Assembly: GCA_008080735.1 (NCBI GenBank)
Contig: SHMW01000034.1
Location: 1-38,586 of the forward strand
Origin: Promethearchaeota archaeon
GTDB lineage: Archaea; Asgardarchaeota; Lokiarchaeia; Sigyniarchaeales; SOKP01
DNA: 38,586 nt
Direction: 5' to 3'
The notes beneath the pieces were generated by a model. The model had not been told where the DNA came from, searched no databases, and worked only from the letters and a program-made list of their open reading frames with translations. Below are positions 28,084 through 37,243 of the stretch, one piece after another (within the stretch, counting starts at the first letter, position 1; every line of letters begins with the position of its first letter). Position numbers and translations under genes: made by a program.

Positions 28084-30013
28084 GGAATGGCACCTCCGTT
28101 TCTAAAGCATCGATAATAGATTTGTGAATACCAGAATTTGGACAAATCTCATAGCAGACGCCACACTTTATACATCGATCCTCATCAATTTGCATAGTTT
28201 CCATCCCATCAACTTCTGTTTTTCTAATCGCGGGACAGCTCAAAATGCGTGCACATTCGTAACACATTTGACATCCAGTGATATGATATAAAACTTCTTG
28301 GACTTTATTTCCGTCTTGTTCTAATTTCCGTATTTGTTGCGTTCTCCATCTATGAGCTTGTAGGGCACATTCCCTCCGGATTATGATGACTTTTAATCCA
28401 TCAGTCTCAAGCGCTTTCTCAATACTATTGGTGAGATGTTTGGGATGATATGAATCCTCCACACGTAACCAACGCACCCCAATAGCTTCGCATATTTTTT
28501 CTATTGACAATTTTCTTTCTGTTAGACCTAGCACGGGCTGATGTCCTGTCATTGCAGTCCAGCTATTCTCAAATATAAATAAAAGCACGTTTGAATCATA
28601 ATTTGCTGCTTCTGCTAAGGGGCTCATGCCTGTATGTAAAAAAGTAGAGTCCCCGATGAATGCAATAACTCTTTGATCGGTTTTTTCCGACATCCCAATA
28701 GCCGCACTTAATCCACCAGACATACAAATTATAAGATCGCTGCATTCTTGTGGGGGAAAGAAACTCATTACGAAGCATCCAATATCTCCACAAACTACGG
28801 TATTTTCCAGATGATTTGTAGCTTTTAAAATGGAATATAAGGTTGCGCGTTCGGGGCATCCAGCACAAAATGTAGGAAACCTACTTGGTATTAACTCCTT
28901 ATAGGAATTGAAATATTCGATAGCATTTTTCATTTGTTGGCTTGGTGTTCTACTAAAGATATTGGCAAGTGATTTTGCGACCAACCCAGTGGAATATTCG
29001 TTATATTTTTGAAAATATTCCTCACCAATGATTTCAACATTAATTTTATGCTTTTGGGCAATTTCAGATACTTTTACCTCCAAGAATGGCTCTAATTCCT
29101 CGATAATAATTACTTTATCAAGTCCTTCAAGAAAATCCGTTATTTCATTATAATTTAAGGGGTAGATCATCCCTAATTTCAGAACGGGTACATCATTGAG
29201 ATCGAGCTGATTAAGAGCTTCCATTGTGTATCCAAATGGCATACCGCTTGTGATAATTCCGGTGGTATTTTCTCCCAGGATTAACTTATTTATACCTAAA
29301 TTGGGAATTTCTTGTCTAATTTTTTCTATTCGCTCATAAAGTCGGACATGATTGTTGATCGCATGTGGAGGTAGTGAATTATATTTAGGAATATTTCTTT
29401 CAAACTTACCTTTAGAGCTGCCATTTTTAATAGGTCCTAATTCAACATATCCACGCGAGTGTGCGCTTCGTGTCGAAGTTCGGATCTCAACCACAGTATC
29501 AAATTTTTCAGATAATTCAAATGCTAGTTTTGTATAATCCTTGCATTCTTGAGGGGTGTGTGGTTCAAAACAAGGAAAATGAAACATCCATGTATAAAAT
29601 CGCTCATTCTGTTCTTGATGAGAACCTAAACTTCCGGGATCTGCGCCAACTAGTATGACCATCGCCCCGGGATTCGGTCCATTGAGAGCAATCACACTTA
29701 ATGCATCGCTCGCAACGTTCAATCCAACATGTTTCATTGGATTGAGTACTCTACATCCAGTCCATGCAGCTCCAGCGCATTCAGAAGAGGCGACTGCCTC
29801 GTTTATTGCCCAATGATGAACTAAATATTCCTTTAAGTGAGGTTGTTCGCGTAATATTTGGTGGAATGTCTCTCCAATATCACTGGTGGGAGTTCCGGGG
29901 TATTGTGCTGCATAACTTACACCCGCTTCAAGACACCCCCGTACAACGGCTTCATTTCCAAGCATTAATGCTCTTCCTTCTTCAGAAATGAATCGATTAT
30001 CTTTTTCCTTCAT
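28073..30013 (-). CDS. iorA: Indolepyruvate:ferredoxin oxidoreductase alpha subunit
   Basis: LGNEAV.RG, YPGTPT, MKHVGLNVA, FCAGCP, GDIGC, GDSTF.HTG, AMTGHQP, two C-terminal ferredoxin motifs. Confidence 0.95.
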   Translation of the reverse strand: MKEKDNRFISEEGRALMLGNEAVVRGCLEAGVSYAAQYPGTPTSDIGETFHQILREQPHLKEYLVHHWAINEAVASSECAGAAWTGCRVLNPMKHVGLNVASDALSVIALNGPNPGAMVILVGADPGSLGSHQEQNERFYTWMFHFPCFEPHTPQECKDYTKLAFELSEKFDTVVEIRTSTRSAHSRGYVELGPIKNGSSKGKFERNIPKYNSLPPHAINNHVRLYERIEKIRQEIPNLGINKLILGENTTGIITSGMPFGYTMEALNQLDLNDVPVLKLGMIYPLNYNEITDFLEGLDKVIIIEELEPFLEVKVSEIAQKHKINVEIIGEEYFQKYNEYSTGLVAKSLANIFSRTPSQQMKNAIEYFNSYKELIPSRFPTFCAGCPERATLYSILKATNHLENTVVCGDIGCFVMSFFPPQECSDLIICMSGGLSAAIGMSEKTDQRVIAFIGDSTFLHTGMSPLAEAANYDSNVLLFIFENSWTAMTGHQPVLGLTERKLSIEKICEAIGVRWLRVEDSYHPKHLTNSIEKALETDGLKVIIIRRECALQAHRWRTQQIRKLEQDGNKVQEVLYHITGCQMCYECARILSCPAIRKTEVDGMETMQIDEDRCIKCGVCYEICPNSGIHKSIIDALETEVPFREL

Positions 30014-30186
30014 AAATGGTCCTTTTACTGATGTTCTAAAGTCTAATTATAGAGAGTAATGTCTGAATCTTAAAAAAATATTTTTTTATTAAAATTAGGT
30101 TCTTAAAATTTATGAAAAAAGATAAGAAAAGACTTATATAGTTCTAGGACAAAATAGGAATAGTCTATTCGAATAATTTAGATGAG

Positions 30187-30636
30187 GTGAAGATTATTCC
30201 ACACACAGAACTAAAAACAAATTTAAATGCTCCCGTGAGTAAAGTCTATAACGTATTAAATGATTTTATGAATCTTCCTCGCTGGAATATAACCGTGAAC
30301 GATATTGAAGAGCTAGAGAAGGATAAATATCTTATCCACTCAACAGTGGGAGATATAATAAATATTGTTATTGAAAATGTTCCAGAGAAGAAGATGGCTT
30401 CTAAGCAAGAAAACAGCCCTATGTTGAAAATTGGATACGATTTTGAGGACAAAGGAGATACTACGGATGTCACCCTTTGGACCGATTTTGAACTGGAGGA
30501 TCAGCGCGACGTCTTAAATATGGCAGCTGAACTCTTTCTGAAAAGTCTTAAGGTATATGTTGATTTTTTAATGGAAGGAGGAAATCCCGAGGAATATACC
30601 AAAAAATTCGGGAAAATACAAAAAGCTGAAATATAA
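30187..30636 (+). CDS. SRPBCC/START-fold ligand-binding protein
   Basis: NAPVSKVYNVLNDFMNLPRW pattern and C-terminal long helix; start GTG 30187 or ATT 30196. Confidence 0.78.
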   Translation: MKIIPHTELKTNLNAPVSKVYNVLNDFMNLPRWNITVNDIEELEKDKYLIHSTVGDIINIVIENVPEKKMASKQENSPMLKIGYDFEDKGDTTDVTLWTDFELEDQRDVLNMAAELFLKSLKVYVDFLMEGGNPEEYTKKFGKIQKAEI

Positions 30637-30766
30637 TTAGATTTTCAACCTAATCCTTATTTTTCTTTATAATGCGTTTTCTGTGAAGTTTTTCGATACG
30701 TTATCTTAATATTGAACTTTGAGAGGGGAATTGATAAAGATAAATGTTTTTTTATTAGAACACAAT

Positions 30767-31951
30767 TTAAGAAAAGCGTTTACCTAATCCCCTATAGGTT
30801 TTGTATGTACCGGTAATTTTACCACCTTCATATATATTCACTTCATTGAAGTGTTCCAGAGGTTCTCCTGCTTTTCCAAACCTGCAGAATATTGGATCTC
30901 CAAGTTGCAAATTATTATGTTCTGGATTAAATTTGAATGGGGTTTGAACCTCCCCGAATTCTTCAAACTTTATTGTCTCTATATTTTGAGGGATCAAGGG
31001 TTTCGGTATGGCGGGATCGCTTCCAGAGCTGGTGTACCCTCCCGAGAATGCCGTTGCAATATCATTTTTAGGTTTTCTCACGATCTCTAATGTAAAAAAC
31101 AACGATGGATGAAAGTGATTGAGGGAATGTATCGAATCAAAGATATGAGATTTAAAAAGGAGCGAACCTATTCCGATTTCTGTAATTACTTCTTCAGAAG
31201 CTGTTTCTTGATAGCACCCTGATCCTCCTCCGTTTACTACTTCACATTGGAATCCTTCGCGCTCAAGATCGTTTACAACATTTGCGCGATGCTTATTTAC
31301 AAACTCACGAGAACGTTTTTTTAACCATCGATAGAGAAATTTATCATCTCCCACTGAAGCATTTTGAGCTTCATAACCCATAATACCTCTGAATGACACA
31401 TTATCACAATCATCGATATATCTTGCTAAAGAAATTATGTCATCTGAAGTTCTTAAAGGACTACGTAAAACACCTAAATGCATGCCAAAAAAACGATAAG
31501 AAACGTCTAACTCAACCAATAATTTCACTCGAACTCCTCTTTTTTTACTTTGCGCTTCCAACAGATCGATTTGTTTTATATCGTCCACCATCACGGTTAT
31601 ACTGACATTTTCGAAGGAAGCTGCTTTACAAACCTCTTCCGCATCAATTTCGGAGACAATGGGATACCCAATTAGTATATCATGTATCCCATACTCTTGC
31701 GCATAAAATAAAGCCTCAGCGGAATTATAGTTGAATAGTCCATTCACGAAATCTTGTTCTTCAACAAGTTTCACAATTTCTGGCACACGTACGGATTTAG
31801 TACAAAGTCGCATCTTTTTATTTTTTTTCCGCAGATCTTCCCCTATTGTTTCAAGATTGGATTTTAATAACTCCAAATCACAAATGACACATGGTTTTTT
31901 AATAGGTTTTACCAATTTTTTTAGAACTTGATAGTCTGAATCAATTAACAT
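30767..31951 (-). CDS. Fold-type III PLP enzyme (alanine racemase N-terminal domain; DSD1/D-threonine aldolase-like)
   Basis: P..ICDL...N, RLCTKSVR (PLP lysine), GIMGYE, NGGGSG, EIGIGS, GEVQTP, KAGE..EHF. Confidence 0.85.
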   Translation of the reverse strand: MLIDSDYQVLKKLVKPIKKPCVICDLELLKSNLETIGEDLRKKNKKMRLCTKSVRVPEIVKLVEEQDFVNGLFNYNSAEALFYAQEYGIHDILIGYPIVSEIDAEEVCKAASFENVSITVMVDDIKQIDLLEAQSKKRGVRVKLLVELDVSYRFFGMHLGVLRSPLRTSDDIISLARYIDDCDNVSFRGIMGYEAQNASVGDDKFLYRWLKKRSREFVNKHRANVVNDLEREGFQCEVVNGGGSGCYQETASEEVITEIGIGSLLFKSHIFDSIHSLNHFHPSLFFTLEIVRKPKNDIATAFSGGYTSSGSDPAIPKPLIPQNIETIKFEEFGEVQTPFKFNPEHNNLQLGDPIFCRFGKAGEPLEHFNEVNIYEGGKITGTYKTYRGLGKRFS

Positions 31952-32100
31952 TTTATTGATTTTAATAATTCCTTTTGTTATAATAACCTTTTATATTAAT
32001 TAAGCTACGCCTTCTGATTATAAAAAATAAGAAATAATTATATTTCAAATTTAGAAAAACAAAAGAATTATAAATTTTCCAAGGTAAATAACATTTAAAA

Positions 32101-33735
32101 ATGTCAGATCAGAAAATATATCAAAAATTTTACCCTGAAGGCGTTCCAAAAGAAATTGATATTCCCGACAAAACTCTTGTGGATGTGGTGGAGGAATCCG
32201 TCGCAAATTATCCAGATAATCCCGCCACGTATTATATGGGATTCCAACTGACCTACACACAATTAAAAGATCTTATTGATAGGACTGCTACTAAATTGAC
32301 AGAATTAGGAATAAAGAAAGGTGATTGCGTTGCTATCCAATTTGCAAACACGCCCTCATTTATTGCCTATTATCATGGAATTTTAAAAATCGGCGGAGTC
32401 GTTACCGCTCTTTCTCCGCTATTTAAAAGCCTTGAAGTAAAAAGACAATTAAATGACAGCGAAGCAAAAATTTATATTGGCTGGGAAGGTTTTTCAGGAG
32501 TGGTAGATCCGATTATTGAAGAAACTGGAGTTGAATATAAATTCGAAAGTAATCTTGCACCATATCTTAGTCCAGATCCTATGGCACCTCCCGAATTTGA
32601 GATGGGTGGGGAGCCCACCTTTGAAGATGTGATTAGAGAGGTTGAGCCGAATCCACCTGAGGTCTCGATCGATCCTGATGATATAGCATTACTCCAATAT
32701 ACTGGTGGGACTACAGGTTTTCCTAAAGGTGCAATGTTGACACATCGAAATCTGGTAGCAAATATTTTACAAGCTTATGCATGGTTTATTGATAAAAGTC
32801 CCGGTGAAGAAACTTTACTCGCTGCCTTGCCTTTTTATCATATTTTCATGGGAACTATGATGAATTTTGGTTTGTATCTTGGTGCACAAATCGCCCTTGT
32901 ATTTAATCCCAGAGAAGCACATGAAATTATCGAGGTGATCGAAGCTACCCAAGCAACACTTTTTCCCGGAGTCGCCGCAATCTTCAACAACCTAAATAAT
33001 TATGAAAAAATAAAGGAACATGATTTTTCATCGCTTAAATATTGCATCAGTGGAGCAGGCCCGCTTCCGAAGGATGTATGGAAGAGATTTGAGGAATTGA
33101 CCGGAGCTAAATTACGGGAAGGGTATGGACTTACTGAGATGTCACCATTCGTGACCGCTAATCCATTCCAAGAAAATTTTAAGATTGGTTCTATTGGAAT
33201 ACCATTTCCTAACACAGATGTGAAAATCTGTGATCCCGAGGGAAATACACTAGATATCGGAGAGATTGGAGAGTTAGTCTGCCGAGGACCTCAGATGATG
33301 AAAGGATATTATAAACGAGAAAAAGAAACAGCAAATACAATTAAAGATGGCTGGTTATGGACTGGAGATTTAGCAGAAATGGACGAGGATGGCTATTTGG
33401 CAATCAGAGAGCGAGTGAAAAACATGATCAAATATAAAGGTCATTCAGTGTATCCGACCGAGGTCGAAGATTTGCTCTACAATTATGAACCAATCAAAGA
33501 ATGCGCTGTGATTGGGATAATTGACGATGAGGGAAAAGAAAATATTAAGGCATACATTTCCTTAAAAGACGAGTTTGAAGGTAAAGTAAGTGAACAAGAT
33601 ATCATCGATTGGTCGAAGGAGAACATGGGATTCGAAAAATACCCGAGATTCGTAGAATTTATTAACGAAATCCCCAAGACAATCGTTGGTAAGGTCCTCC
33701 ATAGAGAGTTGCGAGAGAAGGAACAACAAAAATAA
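32101..33735 (+). CDS. fadD: Long-chain fatty acid--CoA ligase
   Basis: YTGGTTGFPKG, EGYGLTE, TGD, YPTEVE, PKTIVGK. Confidence 0.92.
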   Translation: MSDQKIYQKFYPEGVPKEIDIPDKTLVDVVEESVANYPDNPATYYMGFQLTYTQLKDLIDRTATKLTELGIKKGDCVAIQFANTPSFIAYYHGILKIGGVVTALSPLFKSLEVKRQLNDSEAKIYIGWEGFSGVVDPIIEETGVEYKFESNLAPYLSPDPMAPPEFEMGGEPTFEDVIREVEPNPPEVSIDPDDIALLQYTGGTTGFPKGAMLTHRNLVANILQAYAWFIDKSPGEETLLAALPFYHIFMGTMMNFGLYLGAQIALVFNPREAHEIIEVIEATQATLFPGVAAIFNNLNNYEKIKEHDFSSLKYCISGAGPLPKDVWKRFEELTGAKLREGYGLTEMSPFVTANPFQENFKIGSIGIPFPNTDVKICDPEGNTLDIGEIGELVCRGPQMMKGYYKREKETANTIKDGWLWTGDLAEMDEDGYLAIRERVKNMIKYKGHSVYPTEVEDLLYNYEPIKECAVIGIIDDEGKENIKAYISLKDEFEGKVSEQDIIDWSKENMGFEKYPRFVEFINEIPKTIVGKVLHRELREKEQQK

Positions 33736-33783
33736 ATTTTTTAATTTAAATTCTAACCTATTTCTATTTTTTATCTATTTTAT

Positions 33784-35292
33784 TCATTGGTCTTCTAAAG
33801 GAAGGGTAATAATAAACCTTGCACCTTTATTCCGACCTTCCGATTCCGCCCAAATTTGGCCTCCGTGAAGATCAATTATCGCTTTCGAAATGAAGAGCCC
33901 CAGTCCAGAGCCTTGAATATCAATAAAATCAAGTTCCTCCTCATCTCGCTCAAATTTTCCAAATTGAGTAAAGAGCATGCTCGTCTCTTTTTGCGTCAAT
34001 CCGATTCCCGTATCTTCTATACTTAATCTTGCATGAAGATCATTTTTTTCTAAAATGATTCTAATGATACCATGTGGAGGGGTGTTTTTTAGAGCATTGA
34101 TTAAAATATTAGTGATAACCTGTTTTATTCTCAGTTCATCTAAGGAGAGAATTATATTCTCAATATATTTTTTCTCAAGATTTATTTGATGTTTTTTAAT
34201 CAGAAATTTTATATCCTCTATACTCTCGTCAACAAGATTATTTAAGTTTGTATTTTCCTTGTTTAGCTGGAGTTTGTTATAATTAATCCTTGTTGCATCT
34301 ATTAAATTCTCGATCAACTTTTCAAGCCTCGAACTCGCTCTTATAACAGTACTAATGATATCAGCAGCTTTATGGTTGATATCAATTAATCTAGATTCAA
34401 ATAAATATTCGATAGCCCCCATAATTAATAATAGGGGCGTTTTAAGTTCATGAGAGATCCGTATCATTAATTTTTTTCTTGTATTATCTAATTCATGTAA
34501 TGTTTTTAGTTCCTTATTAATAAGTAATTCAGCTTCTTTTCGTTTAGAAATATTTTGAATGATAACTTGAATAAAGGAATCATTTTCTAATTGAACAACT
34601 GAGCCTTGTAAATTAGTCCATATCAGATTTCCATCTTTTCTTTTTATTTCAACATCGATTCGATTGACATGCTCTCCATTTACCATTTTATTAAATAATG
34701 AAGTTAGCGTTGGAATATCTTTCGTCTGAATTATTGGAATCTGTGAGAAATGTTTATGTATGAAATCAGTTGATTCATATCCCGTTAAATTCTCTGTTGT
34801 CGGGTTAGATTCGATTATTTTTCCATCAAAATTTAAAATAATAATTCCAAAGGGACTTTTTTGGAATAAATTTCTAAATCTTTTTTCAGATTCTTTCAAT
34901 CTTCCTTCTGCTAATTTTCTACGCGTAATATTGGCTCCTATTCCCATAATCGCATAGATTTCATTGTTTTTTTTTAGGGGGATTCCATAAGTCTCTAAAA
35001 AAAGCACATGTCCATCTTTTGATTTCAGTTTATAGGTACTCCGTTCACTTTGTTTTCCTTTTTGGATAATTTCTCTCGTAATATCCATTGCTTTAATTAA
35101 TTGGTCTTTGTCAGCCAATACATCCAAGAAGTTCAAAGATTCGATCTCTTCCTCCTTGTATCCCAAAGCATCTAATGCTATTTTATTAGCATCTAGAAAA
35201 TTTCCTTTTAAATCATTTACATAAATGTAATCTAGAGAATATTCAAAAAGGTCTTTAAACTTGCTTCTTATAAAGTCTTTGTCATACCTCAA
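33784..35292 (-). CDS. Cytoplasmic PAS-PAS sensor histidine kinase
   Basis: Two PAS domains, SHELKTPL, NILINALK, DTGIG, GSGLGL; no receiver domain. Confidence 0.93.
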   Translation of the reverse strand: MRYDKDFIRSKFKDLFEYSLDYIYVNDLKGNFLDANKIALDALGYKEEEIESLNFLDVLADKDQLIKAMDITREIIQKGKQSERSTYKLKSKDGHVLFLETYGIPLKKNNEIYAIMGIGANITRRKLAEGRLKESEKRFRNLFQKSPFGIIILNFDGKIIESNPTTENLTGYESTDFIHKHFSQIPIIQTKDIPTLTSLFNKMVNGEHVNRIDVEIKRKDGNLIWTNLQGSVVQLENDSFIQVIIQNISKRKEAELLINKELKTLHELDNTRKKLMIRISHELKTPLLLIMGAIEYLFESRLIDINHKAADIISTVIRASSRLEKLIENLIDATRINYNKLQLNKENTNLNNLVDESIEDIKFLIKKHQINLEKKYIENIILSLDELRIKQVITNILINALKNTPPHGIIRIILEKNDLHARLSIEDTGIGLTQKETSMLFTQFGKFERDEEELDFIDIQGSGLGLFISKAIIDLHGGQIWAESEGRNKGARFIITLPLEDQ

Positions 35293-35495
35293 TTCATTTT
35301 CACTTTCGGATGATAGGACTTGATATTAGTTTTTTTGAAAATTTATAAATGAAATTATTAAAATAATTTCGCCATCTAATTCTATCTGTTATTTTTATTA
35401 TAAATCACATCCATTAAAAAAGTTAACAATCTTATATATTACTATTTAGATTGTGTTTATTAATTATTTTAGTTGTAATTTCCCAAATTATAGTG

Positions 35496-36479
35496 ATGAG
35501 TTTTATGAATATTCCAGGTTGGATTGATTTGCAGGTAAATGGTTTTAAAGGAATTAACTTTTCTTCTCCAAATTTAACTTTAGAAGATATAAATCATGTG
35601 AATATTGAATTGCATAAGAGAGGGACTGTCGGGTATTGTCCTACATTAATTTCCTCCCCTACTGAAACGTACAAACACAATCTTCCTTTACTCTCAAAAG
35701 CTATGAGCCTTGAGGCAGGCGCTAAAATATTAGGAATCCATTTGGAAGGGCCCTTTCTAAATCCAACAAATGGCCCACGGGGAATTCATTCCGAAAATTG
35801 CATAAGGAACCCTTCAATAAAATTCTTTGAGAAACTTTATAATTTGGCGAACGAAAATATCGCGCTAGTCACAGTAGCTCCGGAACAACCTAAGGCATTA
35901 GACTTAATAGAATATATTTCGAATTCAACCCATTCAACCGTATCCTTAGGACATACCTTAGCAGATAGTAAAATAATTCGCGATGCCACAAATTTAGGAG
36001 CGAGGGCGGCAACCCATGTGGGAAATGGTATCTCAGAACAGATAAATCGTCATAAAAACCCCATTTGGACTATATTAGCTGAGGATGATTTATATGGACT
36101 GTTCATCACTGATGGATTCCATCTTCCAAAAGAATTTATTAAAGTAGCTCTGAGAGCTAAAAAAGTGTCAAAATTTATCGTAACAAGCGATTTAATTCAT
36201 TTTTCGGGAATGAGTCCAGGAAATTATAAATTAAATGGTGTAAAAGTTGTATTAGAACCCAATGGATATTTTCATAGGAAGAATTCAAACCAACTTGCTG
36301 GATCCACTCGAACTATGATGAATTGTGTCAATTTCATTTTCAGCCTTGACGAACTTGCTCCCAATGATATCCAAAAAATAGCATTTGAAAATCCCTTAAT
36401 GCTCTTGAAAAAACCATTTAGAAACTATATGTTTAACTCTATAAAAATAAAGTTCAAAAATGGATCATTCATTTTATAA
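35496..36479 (+). CDS. nagA: N-acetylglucosamine-6-phosphate deacetylase
   Basis: PGWIDLQVNG, GIHLEGPFL, LGHT, THVGNG, DGFH, TSD, LAGS; start ATG 35496 or 35505 rather than TTG 35451. Confidence 0.88.
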   Translation: MSFMNIPGWIDLQVNGFKGINFSSPNLTLEDINHVNIELHKRGTVGYCPTLISSPTETYKHNLPLLSKAMSLEAGAKILGIHLEGPFLNPTNGPRGIHSENCIRNPSIKFFEKLYNLANENIALVTVAPEQPKALDLIEYISNSTHSTVSLGHTLADSKIIRDATNLGARAATHVGNGISEQINRHKNPIWTILAEDDLYGLFITDGFHLPKEFIKVALRAKKVSKFIVTSDLIHFSGMSPGNYKLNGVKVVLEPNGYFHRKNSNQLAGSTRTMMNCVNFIFSLDELAPNDIQKIAFENPLMLLKKPFRNYMFNSIKIKFKNGSFIL

Positions 36480-36578
36480 ATCATCTGATTAAAAGATTGT
36501 TAATTGGACAAAAAATTCAGAATCTTTATATAATAAAAGCGACCTAATACTATTCATCATAGAAGAGAACCGCTCAAT

Positions 36579-37112
36579 ATGGACAGCAAATTCGTTTTTA
36601 AAATTTTACTTCTCGGAGATAAATCAGTGGGAAAGACAACTCTTACATATAAATATGTGACGGGGTCATTTAAGAGAAATATAAAGCAAACTATAGGTGT
36701 GGATATTTTCTCTAAATTTTTGACTTTTCATGGTAAAGAAATTAAATTTCAATTGTGGGACTTTGGAGGCCATAAACGCTTTCGACAAATACTTCCAAAA
36801 TATACTGTTGGGGCGAATGCTGTTCTTTTATTATATGATATCACTAATTTTTCCTCATTTGAGCACCTTTCCTCGTGGCTTCAATTTATAGCAGAAAATA
36901 CAAAAGATATCCCCATTTTGCTAATAGGAGCAAAGAAGGATCTTGTTGAGATGCGAGAGGTCCCATTCGAGAAAGGTGAGGAATTTAGCAAGGATGCAGA
37001 TTTAGAGAAGTTTTTTGAAATATCATCTTTAACGGGAAAGAATGTGGAGAAGGTTTTTGAAGAATTGATGAAAATATTGATGATAAAAAAGAAATTAAAT
37101 ATTGAAACCTAA
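36579..37112 (+). CDS. Rab-like small GTPase (Ras superfamily)
   Basis: FKILLLGDKSVGKT (G1), TIGVD (G2), QLWDFGGH (G3), YDIT, GAKKDL (G4), EISS.TG.NV (G5). Confidence 0.93.
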   Translation: MDSKFVFKILLLGDKSVGKTTLTYKYVTGSFKRNIKQTIGVDIFSKFLTFHGKEIKFQLWDFGGHKRFRQILPKYTVGANAVLLLYDITNFSSFEHLSSWLQFIAENTKDIPILLIGAKKDLVEMREVPFEKGEEFSKDADLEKFFEISSLTGKNVEKVFEELMKILMIKKKLNIET

Positions 37113-37129
37113 ATCGAATTTTCGAATTA

Positions 37130-37159
37130 AATTTTTGAAATTGGGACATTTCAAGAATT
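37130..37159. terminator. Imperfect inverted repeat between convergent genes, possible terminator
   Basis: AATTTTTGAAAT-tgggac-ATTTCAAGAATT (11/12 paired); AT-rich, so could be chance. Confidence 0.25.
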
Positions 37160-37243
37160 ATTTAAAAAAAATTAGAAAATTATTAATCTCACATTAGTTA
37201 GAATTGATTTAGAAAAATATGAAATTTTTAAATTTTCTTTAAT

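Noticed and set aside
140-34957. Many 60-160 aa ORFs antisense to or overlapping the long genes (e.g. 8489-8848, 10349-10834, 13868-14221)
   Set aside because: Shadow frames of well-supported genes with no recognisable motifs
18813-37112. Eukaryote-like CaaX processing pathway (ICMT + Rce1-like domain + small GTPase)
   Set aside because: The GTPase has no C-terminal Cys, the CPBP-like domain lacks catalytic residues, no prenyltransferase is present, the genes are unlinked, and ICMT-family proteins are common in prokaryotes
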